Shown here: positions 17,986 to 26,204 of the stretch, piece by piece
Layout of the letters: each line of letters starts with the position of its first letter
Position numbering within the stretch: the stretch's first letter is position 1
Source of the DNA: a virus
Taxonomy: Duplodnaviria; Caudoviricetes
Length of the DNA: 36,447 nt
Direction: 5' to 3' (one strand)
IMG/VR virus record: IMGVR_UViG_3300013767_000052
Span: 1-36,447 of that record
Position numbers and translations under genes: made by a program
Notes under the pieces: model-generated
Database searches by the model: none
What the model was told of the DNA's origin: nothing
What the model saw: only the letters and a program-made list of their open reading frames with translations

Positions 17986-18513
17986 TTAGCGGCGGTTCGC
18001 TGCATCCATCAAGTGGCGCAGGATGGTGTTGAGCACCGGCTCGACGGCCTCGGGTTGCAGCTCGCCGTCTGCCGTGACGGGCAACCACGGGCGCGCGGGA
18101 ATCGTGACCTTCAGGCCGCGCCCGGCTTGCCCGCCTGCATGCTGAATCGCGGCGTACTCCTTGTTGCTGCCGATCACCGAGTAGTCCTCGCCGGAATCGG
18201 TTGCCGTCGACGCGGCCATTTGCCCGCTGTCCTGCAGGATCATCAGCCCGGCCTTGCGGCGAGACGCGGCCGCGGTCAGCTCGCCGTTTTTCTTGTACGC
18301 CTTGTTGCCGCCGACGCGCATGTGAATCGTCGCTTCCGACAATGCCTGCCAACGCGGCCGCCCCTGCGCGGCGAAGTTGTCCTCGGTGACCATCATCAGC
18401 GTCTGCGCGATCTTGCGCATCGCGCCGGCCTTCTGATGGCCGGCCTGCTCAAGCTGGAGCAGGCGCGTGCGCAGGACCGCGTCGTCGATCTGAAACCTCA
18501 CAAAATCGCTCAA
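17986..18513 (-). CDS. Virion morphogenesis protein (Mu gpG-like)
   Basis: NFAAQGRPRWQALS, ILQDSG, YAAIQHAGG, IPARPWL. Confidence 0.9.
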   Translation of the reverse strand: MSDFVRFQIDDAVLRTRLLQLEQAGHQKAGAMRKIAQTLMMVTEDNFAAQGRPRWQALSEATIHMRVGGNKAYKKNGELTAAASRRKAGLMILQDSGQMAASTATDSGEDYSVIGSNKEYAAIQHAGGQAGRGLKVTIPARPWLPVTADGELQPEAVEPVLNTILRHLMDAANRR

Positions 18514-19346
18514 TGCAACTCCCTCCTGGCGAGCGCGCCGAGATCGCCCGTGTATCGAGACAGGTCAGGCCGCCACGCCGCGGCGCCGGGGTTGTAGCTC
18601 CAGCCGACGTCCGGCGACACGACGATGTCGCGGCGCGTGACCGGGTCGACGGTGCGGAACGTCGCGACCTCGCGCATCTCGCCGGTTTTCTCGTTGACCA
18701 GCTTGAGGGTCTTGCCGAGGCGGTCCCCCGACGATTCGACCTTGATGCCTCGCACGATGATGTCGTCGTGCGACAACGCAACCGTGCGACACCGGCAGCC
18801 CCAGCCGTTCGGCGGATAGAACGACTGCCAGAACGGATCATCGTACCGGAACACCTTGCCGTTCATCGCCCGATGGCTCGGGCGCGTCCGGCTGTCGAGG
18901 ACCGCCACGTACATCCAGTACGGGCGGTCGTCGACGTTCGCCATTTGCTCGGCATAGCGGCCCGCCATGTAGGCGGTCTGCAGGTTTGTCCGGTAGATCG
19001 TCTGCAGGCGCCACGGACTGCCGAGCTGAACCTCGGTGATCTCGCCGGTGTCCTGGTCGACGTGCTCCTGCTTTCCCCACCAGCCCTTCGATTGCAGGAC
19101 AGGTGTCAGTTCCTTCGCGAACCATCGGAGTGTCTTGCCTTCGCTGATTGCGGTTTCGACCGCGTTGCGAATGTCCTGCAGGATGTCCAGGCGCGTGACC
19201 TTGGCGACCGTGAACGCCTTCGCCTGGGCGTCCTGCCAAAGTTCCTCCCAATCCCAGGTGATCTCATAACCCTTGCTGCGCAAGTACTCGATTGCCTTCT
19301 TTGGCGGGAGCTTCATGCAGTAGCCGAGATCGACCGCTTCAGGCAT
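18510..19346 (-). CDS. Minor head protein (Mu gpF-like)
   Basis: AFTVAKV, RLQTIYRTN, DSRTRPSH, YPPNGWGCRC. Confidence 0.92.
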   Translation of the reverse strand: MPEAVDLGYCMKLPPKKAIEYLRSKGYEITWDWEELWQDAQAKAFTVAKVTRLDILQDIRNAVETAISEGKTLRWFAKELTPVLQSKGWWGKQEHVDQDTGEITEVQLGSPWRLQTIYRTNLQTAYMAGRYAEQMANVDDRPYWMYVAVLDSRTRPSHRAMNGKVFRYDDPFWQSFYPPNGWGCRCRTVALSHDDIIVRGIKVESSGDRLGKTLKLVNEKTGEMREVATFRTVDPVTRRDIVVSPDVGWSYNPGAAAWRPDLSRYTGDLGALARRELH

Positions 19347-20814
19347 GGAGACGCCCCCAGAGGTTTGCGACGAAGATGGCGCGGGCAAGGCGCTCCTGCA
19401 GCGCGTCCGCATCGAGGCTCGGATACAGCTCGGCCAGCATGCCGAGCAGCTCGTCTGCGCTCGCGCCGTTCGCAATCCGCTTTAAAAGCGGTGCGAGCAG
19501 CGCTTGCGCGTCGGCATTCAGGTCACGCGCCGACAGCGTATTCAGCGCCGCGTCGAGCGCGTCCTGGTCGGGGGCCTCGAATTCAGCGAAGGAGGCTGCA
19601 CCCACAGCGTCGACGGCAGACACCGGCAGCGGCCGTTCGTCCAGGTCGCCGTCCTGCAGGTTGTACGCACGCTTGAAATACGCCGGCGTGAAGCGCGCGC
19701 CAGCGCGAGTCAGCTTCTCGTCGCGGCCGGCCTGGATCTCGTCGACCTGTTCCTGTTCCCACATGTCGAAGACGGGCCGATCGGCGCCGTCAAAGTTGAG
19801 GTCGCAAGTCCAGCGAATCAGCATGTTCATCGCTTCGTTGACGATGGCCTTGTCGCCGTCGCGGATGTCGCCCGTCACCTCAAGCCCGGCTTGCGCGGAC
19901 GCGCGCGTTGACGTCGCCTCGGTCGTCTGGTTCTGTCCCAGCAACGCGATCGCCACCTCGCCGCGGCAGAAGTGCAGCAGGCGTTCATATACGTCGGCGC
20001 TGCCGGTCTTGCCAGCCGCTTCCTTGATCTCGATGCTGGAATCGTCGGGGATGACCGCGACGGCGTCCTGCACCATGTCTTCGAGTCGATCGAGCAGCAG
20101 ATTGGTTTCGGCATCCGACGCGCTGCGCGGGTGCTTGCCGACCATCATCGGAGAACCGTATTTCTCGGTGAACTGCACCCAGAACTTGAGACCGCCTTTC
20201 TTGAACGTCGTCGGCCAGAAGCACATCGACAGGTCCGGGAAGCCGTACGGGTTCAGATACGTCGCTTCCTGGCGCGGCACCAGGAACTTGCGTGCCGGCA
20301 GCTCTTCACCCTGCATCCAGTGCTCCTTGCTGCGAAAGCGGAGCTGGTTATCCGGGTCATAGACGAACCAGTCGGCCGGCTTGCCTACGACGTCGATCGG
20401 CACGATGTAGTTGCCGACCTTGCCCCAGGTGATTTCCATCGGCTGGAAGCCGTACAGGACGGCGTCCAGCATTTCCGTCGTGATCCGTGACAGGTCGAGG
20501 TCGGCGAAGATGTCGGCGATCGACTTCGCGACGCGGCTCTTCGCCTTGCCGCGATCGAGGCCCCATTCGAGCGACTTCACGGCCGCCTTGCGGCGACGCA
20601 CGCAGCCTCCGACGTGCGCGTCCGCGCGCAGCTCGCGGTAGACGCGCACATCCTTACCCAGGGCTTTGAGCACCGGATCAGGATTCGGCAGGTACATGCC
20701 GAGCGCGAAGAAATCGATGCTTCGCTCGCGCGTCGCGATCTGCGATGACAGTGACTTGTCGTTCTCGCCGAACTTTACAAACTCGGTGGGGCTGACCCAC
20801 AAACCCTTGCTCAT
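19339..20814 (-). CDS. Portal protein (DUF935/Mu gp29-like)
   Basis: 491 aa after TerL; FTEKYGSP, ALLGQNQTT motifs. Confidence 0.92.
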   Translation of the reverse strand: MSKGLWVSPTEFVKFGENDKSLSSQIATRERSIDFFALGMYLPNPDPVLKALGKDVRVYRELRADAHVGGCVRRRKAAVKSLEWGLDRGKAKSRVAKSIADIFADLDLSRITTEMLDAVLYGFQPMEITWGKVGNYIVPIDVVGKPADWFVYDPDNQLRFRSKEHWMQGEELPARKFLVPRQEATYLNPYGFPDLSMCFWPTTFKKGGLKFWVQFTEKYGSPMMVGKHPRSASDAETNLLLDRLEDMVQDAVAVIPDDSSIEIKEAAGKTGSADVYERLLHFCRGEVAIALLGQNQTTEATSTRASAQAGLEVTGDIRDGDKAIVNEAMNMLIRWTCDLNFDGADRPVFDMWEQEQVDEIQAGRDEKLTRAGARFTPAYFKRAYNLQDGDLDERPLPVSAVDAVGAASFAEFEAPDQDALDAALNTLSARDLNADAQALLAPLLKRIANGASADELLGMLAELYPSLDADALQERLARAIFVANLWGRLHA

Positions 20815-22313
20815 GCGTAACCCTCTGTCATTCGGACGCTGGAGCGGCGCCGCCGCGACTTGGCGGTCACCGGCCCCTTGTTCAATTCACGGCTCGCGTA
20901 ATACGCCAGGGCAACTGCAACAGCGGCGTCGCCGTGGCGCTTGCCGGCGTCCTGGCCGGTCGTACGGACGTCTGGGATACGCGGCACGCCCCTGATAACC
21001 TGAACGGCGCGCAGGTCTGCGAGCACGTCGGCATCCTTCGGAAGACCGTCTAGCGTGCCGTCCTCGAACGCCGCCTTCACGGGCGGCATGTTCTCGCGAT
21101 ACCAGGATTCCGACAGCATCACTTGCTGGATGCGCGATGCGCCGTAGCGCTGCATCGCGATCTCGGCGAGGTATTGCCCGTTGCCGCGCGCATCGAATGC
21201 GCCACCGGTGAAACGCGGAAGCCGATCGAGCAGGTAGAAGGCAATCTGTTCCTGCTGCCGGAACGGCACATTGCGCAACTCGACGATGAACGGCACGCGG
21301 CGAACCAGGTTCTGCTGCTCGATCAGCGGTACGTGGACCGTCAGGTCGCCGGTTCGGCCGAAGTCCTCGCCGTTGTACGAGCGGGCGTCGGGCGGCAGCG
21401 CCGCGAGCAACGGGGCGAGCGTCGCTTCCAGCCAATCTCGGCATTCGGCCGCGCGGATGTGGTCGGGCAGCACTTCGAAACCGTGTCGGCAAGCCCAGCG
21501 CAGGACCGGCGTGTCAATCGACATACGCGATTCAATCAACGCACGCGACAGCCATGCGCCGCCGCTGTTCTTCGGCACGCAGTCCAGCTCTTCCTCGGCG
21601 TCTACACCGTACGACGCGCGGATTTCCCAGACCCACTTGGCTTCGCCCTCGGCAGTCCAGGCCACGCCCTTGCGCAAGCAGATTCGCTGGTAGAGCCCAT
21701 CCCGAACAGCATCTTCGAACGTGATGCGATGCAGGCTGTAAGGCTTCTTACCGGAGCGGACATCCGTGACCAGCTCGTTGAATGCGTTGTCGACGCCGTC
21801 GTGCGTCGAAATGACATGGACCTGACCGCCCCACATCAATAGCGCCATCGCCGCCTTCAGCAGCTCGCCGAGCTTCTCGTGGAACGCGGCTTCGTCGATG
21901 ATCACGCGGCCTTGCTTGCCGCGCAGGTTCGACGGACGCGACGACAGTGCCGTCACGCGGAAGCCCGAGGCAAAGCGGATCACGAACGCAAGAATTGACT
22001 TGTCGCCATCCTTGTCCTGAAAGACTTCCTCGGTTTCCTCGATCTCGTCGGCTGCGAGGCGGTAGAACTTGGCCCAATCGGCGCAGTCCCGGATGAACTC
22101 CTGCGCCATGTCCTTGTTGTAACCGACGTACCAAACGTCCATGCCGCGCTGGCTGGCTGCGAGCAGCGCTGAATCGGCCGCTTCGCCCCAGGACAAACCA
22201 ACACGGCGCGACTTCTCGCACACCTTGACGGGCGACGTGTCTGCGCACCATTTCTGCTGATACGGCAGAAGGACGGCCGGCGCGCGGTCGAGGCGGGTAT
22301 CTGCGTTCGTCAT
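20811..22313 (-). CDS. Terminase large subunit (Mu gp28-like)
   Basis: LLPYQQKW, EKSRRVGLSW, VIIDEAAF, GEDFGRTGD, RHGDAAVA. Confidence 0.95.
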   Translation of the reverse strand: MTNADTRLDRAPAVLLPYQQKWCADTSPVKVCEKSRRVGLSWGEAADSALLAASQRGMDVWYVGYNKDMAQEFIRDCADWAKFYRLAADEIEETEEVFQDKDGDKSILAFVIRFASGFRVTALSSRPSNLRGKQGRVIIDEAAFHEKLGELLKAAMALLMWGGQVHVISTHDGVDNAFNELVTDVRSGKKPYSLHRITFEDAVRDGLYQRICLRKGVAWTAEGEAKWVWEIRASYGVDAEEELDCVPKNSGGAWLSRALIESRMSIDTPVLRWACRHGFEVLPDHIRAAECRDWLEATLAPLLAALPPDARSYNGEDFGRTGDLTVHVPLIEQQNLVRRVPFIVELRNVPFRQQEQIAFYLLDRLPRFTGGAFDARGNGQYLAEIAMQRYGASRIQQVMLSESWYRENMPPVKAAFEDGTLDGLPKDADVLADLRAVQVIRGVPRIPDVRTTGQDAGKRHGDAAVAVALAYYASRELNKGPVTAKSRRRRSSVRMTEGYA

Positions 22314-22855
22314 CCTGCAATCCCGAGAATCTGGCGGCGAATCACGTCGGCCGCGTCATCGGACAGGCCGCCGGTCTTGACGACCTTGTCGACCGCAGCG
22401 GCGGCGGCTTCCGCTCGTGCCTGGACCTCCAGGCGGAACTTCTTCTGGTTCACGCTCGCGCGGGCCAGCGTCGCGATGTTCTTCGCGGCCTTGGACAGCA
22501 GCGCAATGCGCTCGCCCGGATCGGCTTCTTCGTCGGTCGCTTCCTGCAGGTTGACGATGGACTCGAACATCTCCGTCTGCACGAGAGCGATGACGGCCTC
22601 CGATCGGGCGTCCTGGTCGTCGGCTGCGCCCTCGGTCAGGATGCGCGCGGCTTCCGTGCTCGCCTTGATCGCGGCGAAGCGGCGCTCGATACGCTGGCCG
22701 TACCGATGGATCGCCGATTTGCTGATCTGGTAGCCCTTGTCGCGAAGCGTTTGCTCCAGCTCCTGGTAGCCGGTGAAGTTGCCGTCGACGAGCGAGCTAT
22801 CGAGCCAGTCTCGTACTGCCTTCGGTAGGCGTTGCACGCCGCTGCTGCGCCCCAT
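22310..22855 (-). CDS. DUF3486/Mu gp27-like protein (putative small terminase)
   Basis: MGRSSGVQRLP...GYQISKSAIHRYG; directly precedes TerL. Confidence 0.85.
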   Translation of the reverse strand: MGRSSGVQRLPKAVRDWLDSSLVDGNFTGYQELEQTLRDKGYQISKSAIHRYGQRIERRFAAIKASTEAARILTEGAADDQDARSEAVIALVQTEMFESIVNLQEATDEEADPGERIALLSKAAKNIATLARASVNQKKFRLEVQARAEAAAAAVDKVVKTGGLSDDAADVIRRQILGIAG

Positions 22856-22856
22856 G

Positions 22857-23189
22857 TCACTGGCTCCAGTACTTCGCCGGCCGCGCGATGCCCGGCTCGC
22901 AATCGATCGTGTACTCGGCGATGTCGACGCCGTAGCGCGTGAGGTCGCCCCACCAGCGGCCGGACGGTTCCTTGCGCAGTTTCACGAGCACGCGATCGGC
23001 GAGGTAGTCCAGTTCCTTGCGGACTTCGAGCGCCGTGATGTCGGCGAAGATCGAGCGCATCGTCATCTGGATCACGTCCTCGACGACCTCCTCGGGCCGG
23101 GCGTTGTACAGAGCCAGAATCAGATACCAGCGCAGCGATTCGCGGCGCACCTTGGCGTGATCGATTCCCAGCGGATTGGTGGACGTCAT
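22857..23189 (-). CDS. Mu gp26-like winged-helix protein
   Basis: Synteny; ELDYLADRVLV...LTRYGVDIAE...PGIARP. Confidence 0.7.
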   Translation of the reverse strand: MTSTNPLGIDHAKVRRESLRWYLILALYNARPEEVVEDVIQMTMRSIFADITALEVRKELDYLADRVLVKLRKEPSGRWWGDLTRYGVDIAEYTIDCEPGIARPAKYWSQ

Positions 23190-23524
23190 TGATTTCCCCG
23201 GAGTTGTAAGTTTTCGAACCTGAGCGCGATCGCGTCGAGCTTGGCTTCGATGACGGTCTGGTTGCGCACGTAGTCCTCGCGGCGCACGTATTGCAGCGGC
23301 AAGTCCGCCTGAAAGCGCAGGAAGTCGCGCTCCAGGCGGGCCGTGTAATCGGCTTGCCGCGTGAGCTGTTTTCCCAGCGTTTCGAGCTGATCCTCTTGTC
23401 GCTTGTCGCGGGCGGCCTGCTGACGCTCGATTTGCACGAGCAACACCTTGCCGGCCGCGATCAGCAGGCCGATGAACGTCGCGAGCATCGACACCAGTTG
23501 CCAGAATTCCACCTGTAACGTCAC
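23186..23524 (-). CDS. Membrane-anchored coiled-coil protein (Mu gp25-like position)
   Basis: N-terminal TM helix, LPLQYVRREDY motif. Confidence 0.7.
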   Translation of the reverse strand: MTLQVEFWQLVSMLATFIGLLIAAGKVLLVQIERQQAARDKRQEDQLETLGKQLTRQADYTARLERDFLRFQADLPLQYVRREDYVRNQTVIEAKLDAIALRFENLQLRGNQ

Positions 23525-24120
23525 CGCGTTTCTCCCTCGATGTAGTCGATCAGCTTGTTCAGTTGCGATTCGATGTCGCGGCTGCGGCGGCTGGCGTCGA
23601 CGTGGTGGGTGAGGATGTCGTCCTGGCGTACCCCGGAGTCAAGGGCGTCATCGGTGCCGGCCGGCGCAGCAGCTCCGGCGGCAGCACCGGGCGCGGACAC
23701 ACCATCGGCGCCGGCGGCTGCGTTCCACACGCCGACAAAGCCAACAGTGAATACGCAGCGAGGCAAGTCCTGAAGAGGCGCATCCGGCGCCGGGCGGTAT
23801 TGGCTCGTGACACTGGCAATTCTCCGTTTCAGTTCGTCGGATTCGAGCGCGTGCCGGGCTTTCTCGGCGAACAGGTCGCCCGCCAGCACCGCCGCGCGTT
23901 GCGCTTCCTCGCGTTCCTTGGTGCGAGCCTGTTCGACGGCGTCGCGTGCACCGTCCGCGTATTGGCGTTCGAGCGTCGCGACCTTCGCGTCGCCGGCAAG
24001 CCTGCCAGCGTGGTAGCCGCCGAAGTACGCGATCGCACCGGCCGCGATGGCGCCGATCGCCGCGGCACCGACAGCGGCCGCCACGCATTGGCCGCGTGAA
24101 AGCAGGACAGGAAAGTTCAT
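23521..24120 (-). CDS. Inner-membrane spanin (Rz-like)
   Basis: N-terminal hydrophobic segment and helical periplasmic domain; follows the endolysin. Confidence 0.72.
   Translation of the reverse strand: MNFPVLLSRGQCVAAAVGAAAIGAIAAGAIAYFGGYHAGRLAGDAKVATLERQYADGARDAVEQARTKEREEAQRAAVLAGDLFAEKARHALESDELKRRIASVTSQYRPAPDAPLQDLPRCVFTVGFVGVWNAAAGADGVSAPGAAAGAAAPAGTDDALDSGVRQDDILTHHVDASRRSRDIESQLNKLIDYIEGETR
23559..23783 (-). CDS. Embedded outer-membrane spanin (Rz1-like lipoprotein)
   Basis: Alternative frame inside Rz; MRLFRTCLAAYSLLALSA-C lipobox followed by Pro-rich CPRPVLPPELLRRPAP. Confidence 0.75.
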   Translation of the reverse strand: MRLFRTCLAAYSLLALSACGTQPPAPMVCPRPVLPPELLRRPAPMTPLTPGYARTTSSPTTSTPAAAAATSNRN

Positions 24121-24728
24121 GAGCACGCTCCCGGCCCGAATCCGGCCTTGATGTAACGCGGTTCGAACGTGCGCAGGATCACGCGCGGGTAGCCGCGGTT
24201 CTCGCGGAAGGCGGCCGCGTGTCGGCCGGCGTTGAACCGCTCGACATGGCCGAACCAGCGCTGCCGATCGGCTCCGCCAGCGGCCGTCACGCGCTGATCG
24301 CGATAGACCCAGCCAAGGCCGCCGTTATAGGCCGATAGCGTCATCGCCATGCGCTCGCAGGCGCCGGCTGCCGTGATGCGCTGCCAGAGGTGCCGGTCGT
24401 ACCGTACGAGCGCACGAATCGACCAGGACGGGTTGAACGGCTGCGCCTCGCCCAGCTCGGCGGGATAGGCGCCCGCGATCCAGTCAACCGTCGAGGGCAT
24501 GAACTGCGCCATCCCACGCGCACCGACGACGCTGACGGCGTCGGCGCGCCAGCGGCTTTCCTGATGGATTTGCGCCGCGAACGACGAGACCGGCGCGTCG
24601 ATGCCCCAGATGGCGCGCGCGTTGCGCGTCAGCTCGGCGCGGTACGCCAGCGCCTCGGCGGGCACTTGCGCGGCCGCCGGCGCTACGGCGCCGCGCAGCG
24701 CGACGACAAAGGCAATCAGCACGCGCAT
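24117..24728 (-). CDS. Endolysin, SLT-family lytic transglycosylase with N-terminal signal sequence
   Basis: QIHQESRW, GARGMAQFMPST, LSAYNGG, ENRGYP motifs. Confidence 0.92.
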   Translation of the reverse strand: MRVLIAFVVALRGAVAPAAAQVPAEALAYRAELTRNARAIWGIDAPVSSFAAQIHQESRWRADAVSVVGARGMAQFMPSTVDWIAGAYPAELGEAQPFNPSWSIRALVRYDRHLWQRITAAGACERMAMTLSAYNGGLGWVYRDQRVTAAGGADRQRWFGHVERFNAGRHAAAFRENRGYPRVILRTFEPRYIKAGFGPGACS

Positions 24729-24730
24729 GA

Positions 24731-25078
24731 TCAGAGGCCCAGCGCGACGCCGATCACGACGCCGAGGACGATCACTGCTCGTCGGAGCATGGCCGCGGCG
24801 AACACCAGCTCGTAGCCGGAGACGACGCGATAGTCCGCTTCGAGCGGCGGCTCGAGCGAGCCGACTCGCCAGTCGTGTTCGAGATAGCTGTCCGGGCGCG
24901 CGTACGGGAAGAGACCGCGATCGAGCCAATACGCGACGACGGCCGCGAGGCTGACAAGACTCAGTTTGTAGAGGGCGACGGGCAGTTGCTGCGGCGAGAA
25001 AAGCGCGATGGCTGCAACGAGGACGATCGCGGCAACGAGCCAGCTCGTCAGCCGCGGGAAGCGTTTGATGAAGGGCAT
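24731..25078 (-). CDS. Putative holin (2-3 TM)
   Basis: Three hydrophobic segments, YWLDRGLFPYARP, AMLRRAVIV; first gene of the lysis cassette. Confidence 0.85.
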   Translation of the reverse strand: MPFIKRFPRLTSWLVAAIVLVAAIALFSPQQLPVALYKLSLVSLAAVVAYWLDRGLFPYARPDSYLEHDWRVGSLEPPLEADYRVVSGYELVFAAAMLRRAVIVLGVVIGVALGL

Positions 25079-25105
25079 ATGACCTCCCGTAGTGGATATG
25101 CCGTC

Positions 25106-25147
25106 ATCTTGGACGGCATATACGGGAAGGTCTTTTAATCGGCTTTA
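25106..25147 (-). promoter_or_regulatory. Putative activator-dependent late (lysis) promoter
   Basis: TAAAGCCGATTAAAAGACC site plus -10-like CAAGAT (25111-25106). Confidence 0.7.
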
Positions 25148-25369
25148 GCGGTCGGTCGGCGCGGCGCTTCTGCGGTTCAATCCGTCTCGGAATAGCAGTC
25201 CGCCGACTCTTACAAGGGTGCTGACATCGGCTTCGCTAAGGCGTTCAAGCGACAGGTCGATCCAGCCAGCGAGCAATGCAATCGCATCGTCCATATCGTC
25301 TTGGTCGCCGGCCAAGTCGAGGATCTTCGCCTGATGTTCGAATGTGGCAATGACGGGGTGGGTATTCAT
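25145..25369 (-). CDS. Small acidic hypothetical protein (74 aa)
   Basis: GGAG RBS, fills the gap before the lysis promoter. Confidence 0.65.
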   Translation of the reverse strand: MNTHPVIATFEHQAKILDLAGDQDDMDDAIALLAGWIDLSLERLSEADVSTLVRVGGLLFRDGLNRRSAAPTDR

Positions 25370-25436
25370 GCGCCGACTCCATGACGGGGGAGTCATCCAG
25401 CATAGGTGATCGGCGCATGGAGGAGCAAGGTGAAGT

Positions 25437-25973
25437 CTACGGCTTCGATGCGCGCAGCGCGTGTTCTTGAAAATCGAAGAGTTGAGAGAACACGCGCTGC
25501 CAGAAACCTACCTTCGCGAGACGTTCGTCCGGATATCCCATCGCCCGCATCTGCTCGTTGTGGCACATGACGTTGAGCACGTGCAGGACCGGCGGCTCTT
25601 CGGCCTCGATCGTTAGCCGTTCGCCGCGTACCGCCAGCAACACGTTCTCATCCAGCACCGAGAGTGCCATGCGTTTTTCAAGACCGATGAACTGCCGCGC
25701 GAAATCCGCATGCGCTCGCGCGCGCTGCGACGATCCCACGACCAGATTGATCGCCGACAGGACCGTGACCAGCCCGGCCGCGACGAGCGCGACGACCTTG
25801 TATTGCTGTTCGAGCACACCGTAGACCGCCGTCGACCCGAAGATCACCGACAGCATGTTGGTCATCTGGTCGAGCCGATCGAAAAACGCGCGGCGGCGGT
25901 TGTGGTAGCGGATCGACCGGCGAATGTCGAAGAGCTGGTTATGCCACTGCAGGTCAAGACTGGTCGTTCCCAT
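25437..25973 (-). CDS. Two-TM membrane protein, SLATT-like
   Basis: RSIRYHNRRRAFFDRL followed by two TM helices, then a helical tail (RARAHADFARQF...IEAEEPP). Confidence 0.7.
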   Translation of the reverse strand: MGTTSLDLQWHNQLFDIRRSIRYHNRRRAFFDRLDQMTNMLSVIFGSTAVYGVLEQQYKVVALVAAGLVTVLSAINLVVGSSQRARAHADFARQFIGLEKRMALSVLDENVLLAVRGERLTIEAEEPPVLHVLNVMCHNEQMRAMGYPDERLAKVGFWQRVFSQLFDFQEHALRASKP

Positions 25974-26142
25974 TGCTGTTATCCCGTGTCGGCAGCGGCG
26001 GAGGCGGCGGCAACGTGTTGACCACTTCGAAACCCTTGTTGAAATCGTTGTAGTCGTGCCGCTCACCGTAGTCGACGCTGTCGCGCGTCGGCACGCCCTT
26101 GTTAGTGGAATCGGAGTTCGGATTGTGCTTCGGATTGGTCAT
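25954..26142 (-). CDS. Small disordered Pro-rich protein (62 aa)
   Basis: ATG start, Asn/Asp-rich with LPPPPPLP, overlaps the next gene by 20 nt. Confidence 0.6.
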   Translation of the reverse strand: MTNPKHNPNSDSTNKGVPTRDSVDYGERHDYNDFNKGFEVVNTLPPPPPLPTRDNSNGNDQS

Positions 26143-26204
26143 TTTGCTGCCTGCAGTTTCGAGAAGGAATTAATGCTCGTTGAGATTCGCGTCGGCCCAG
26201 CTCG

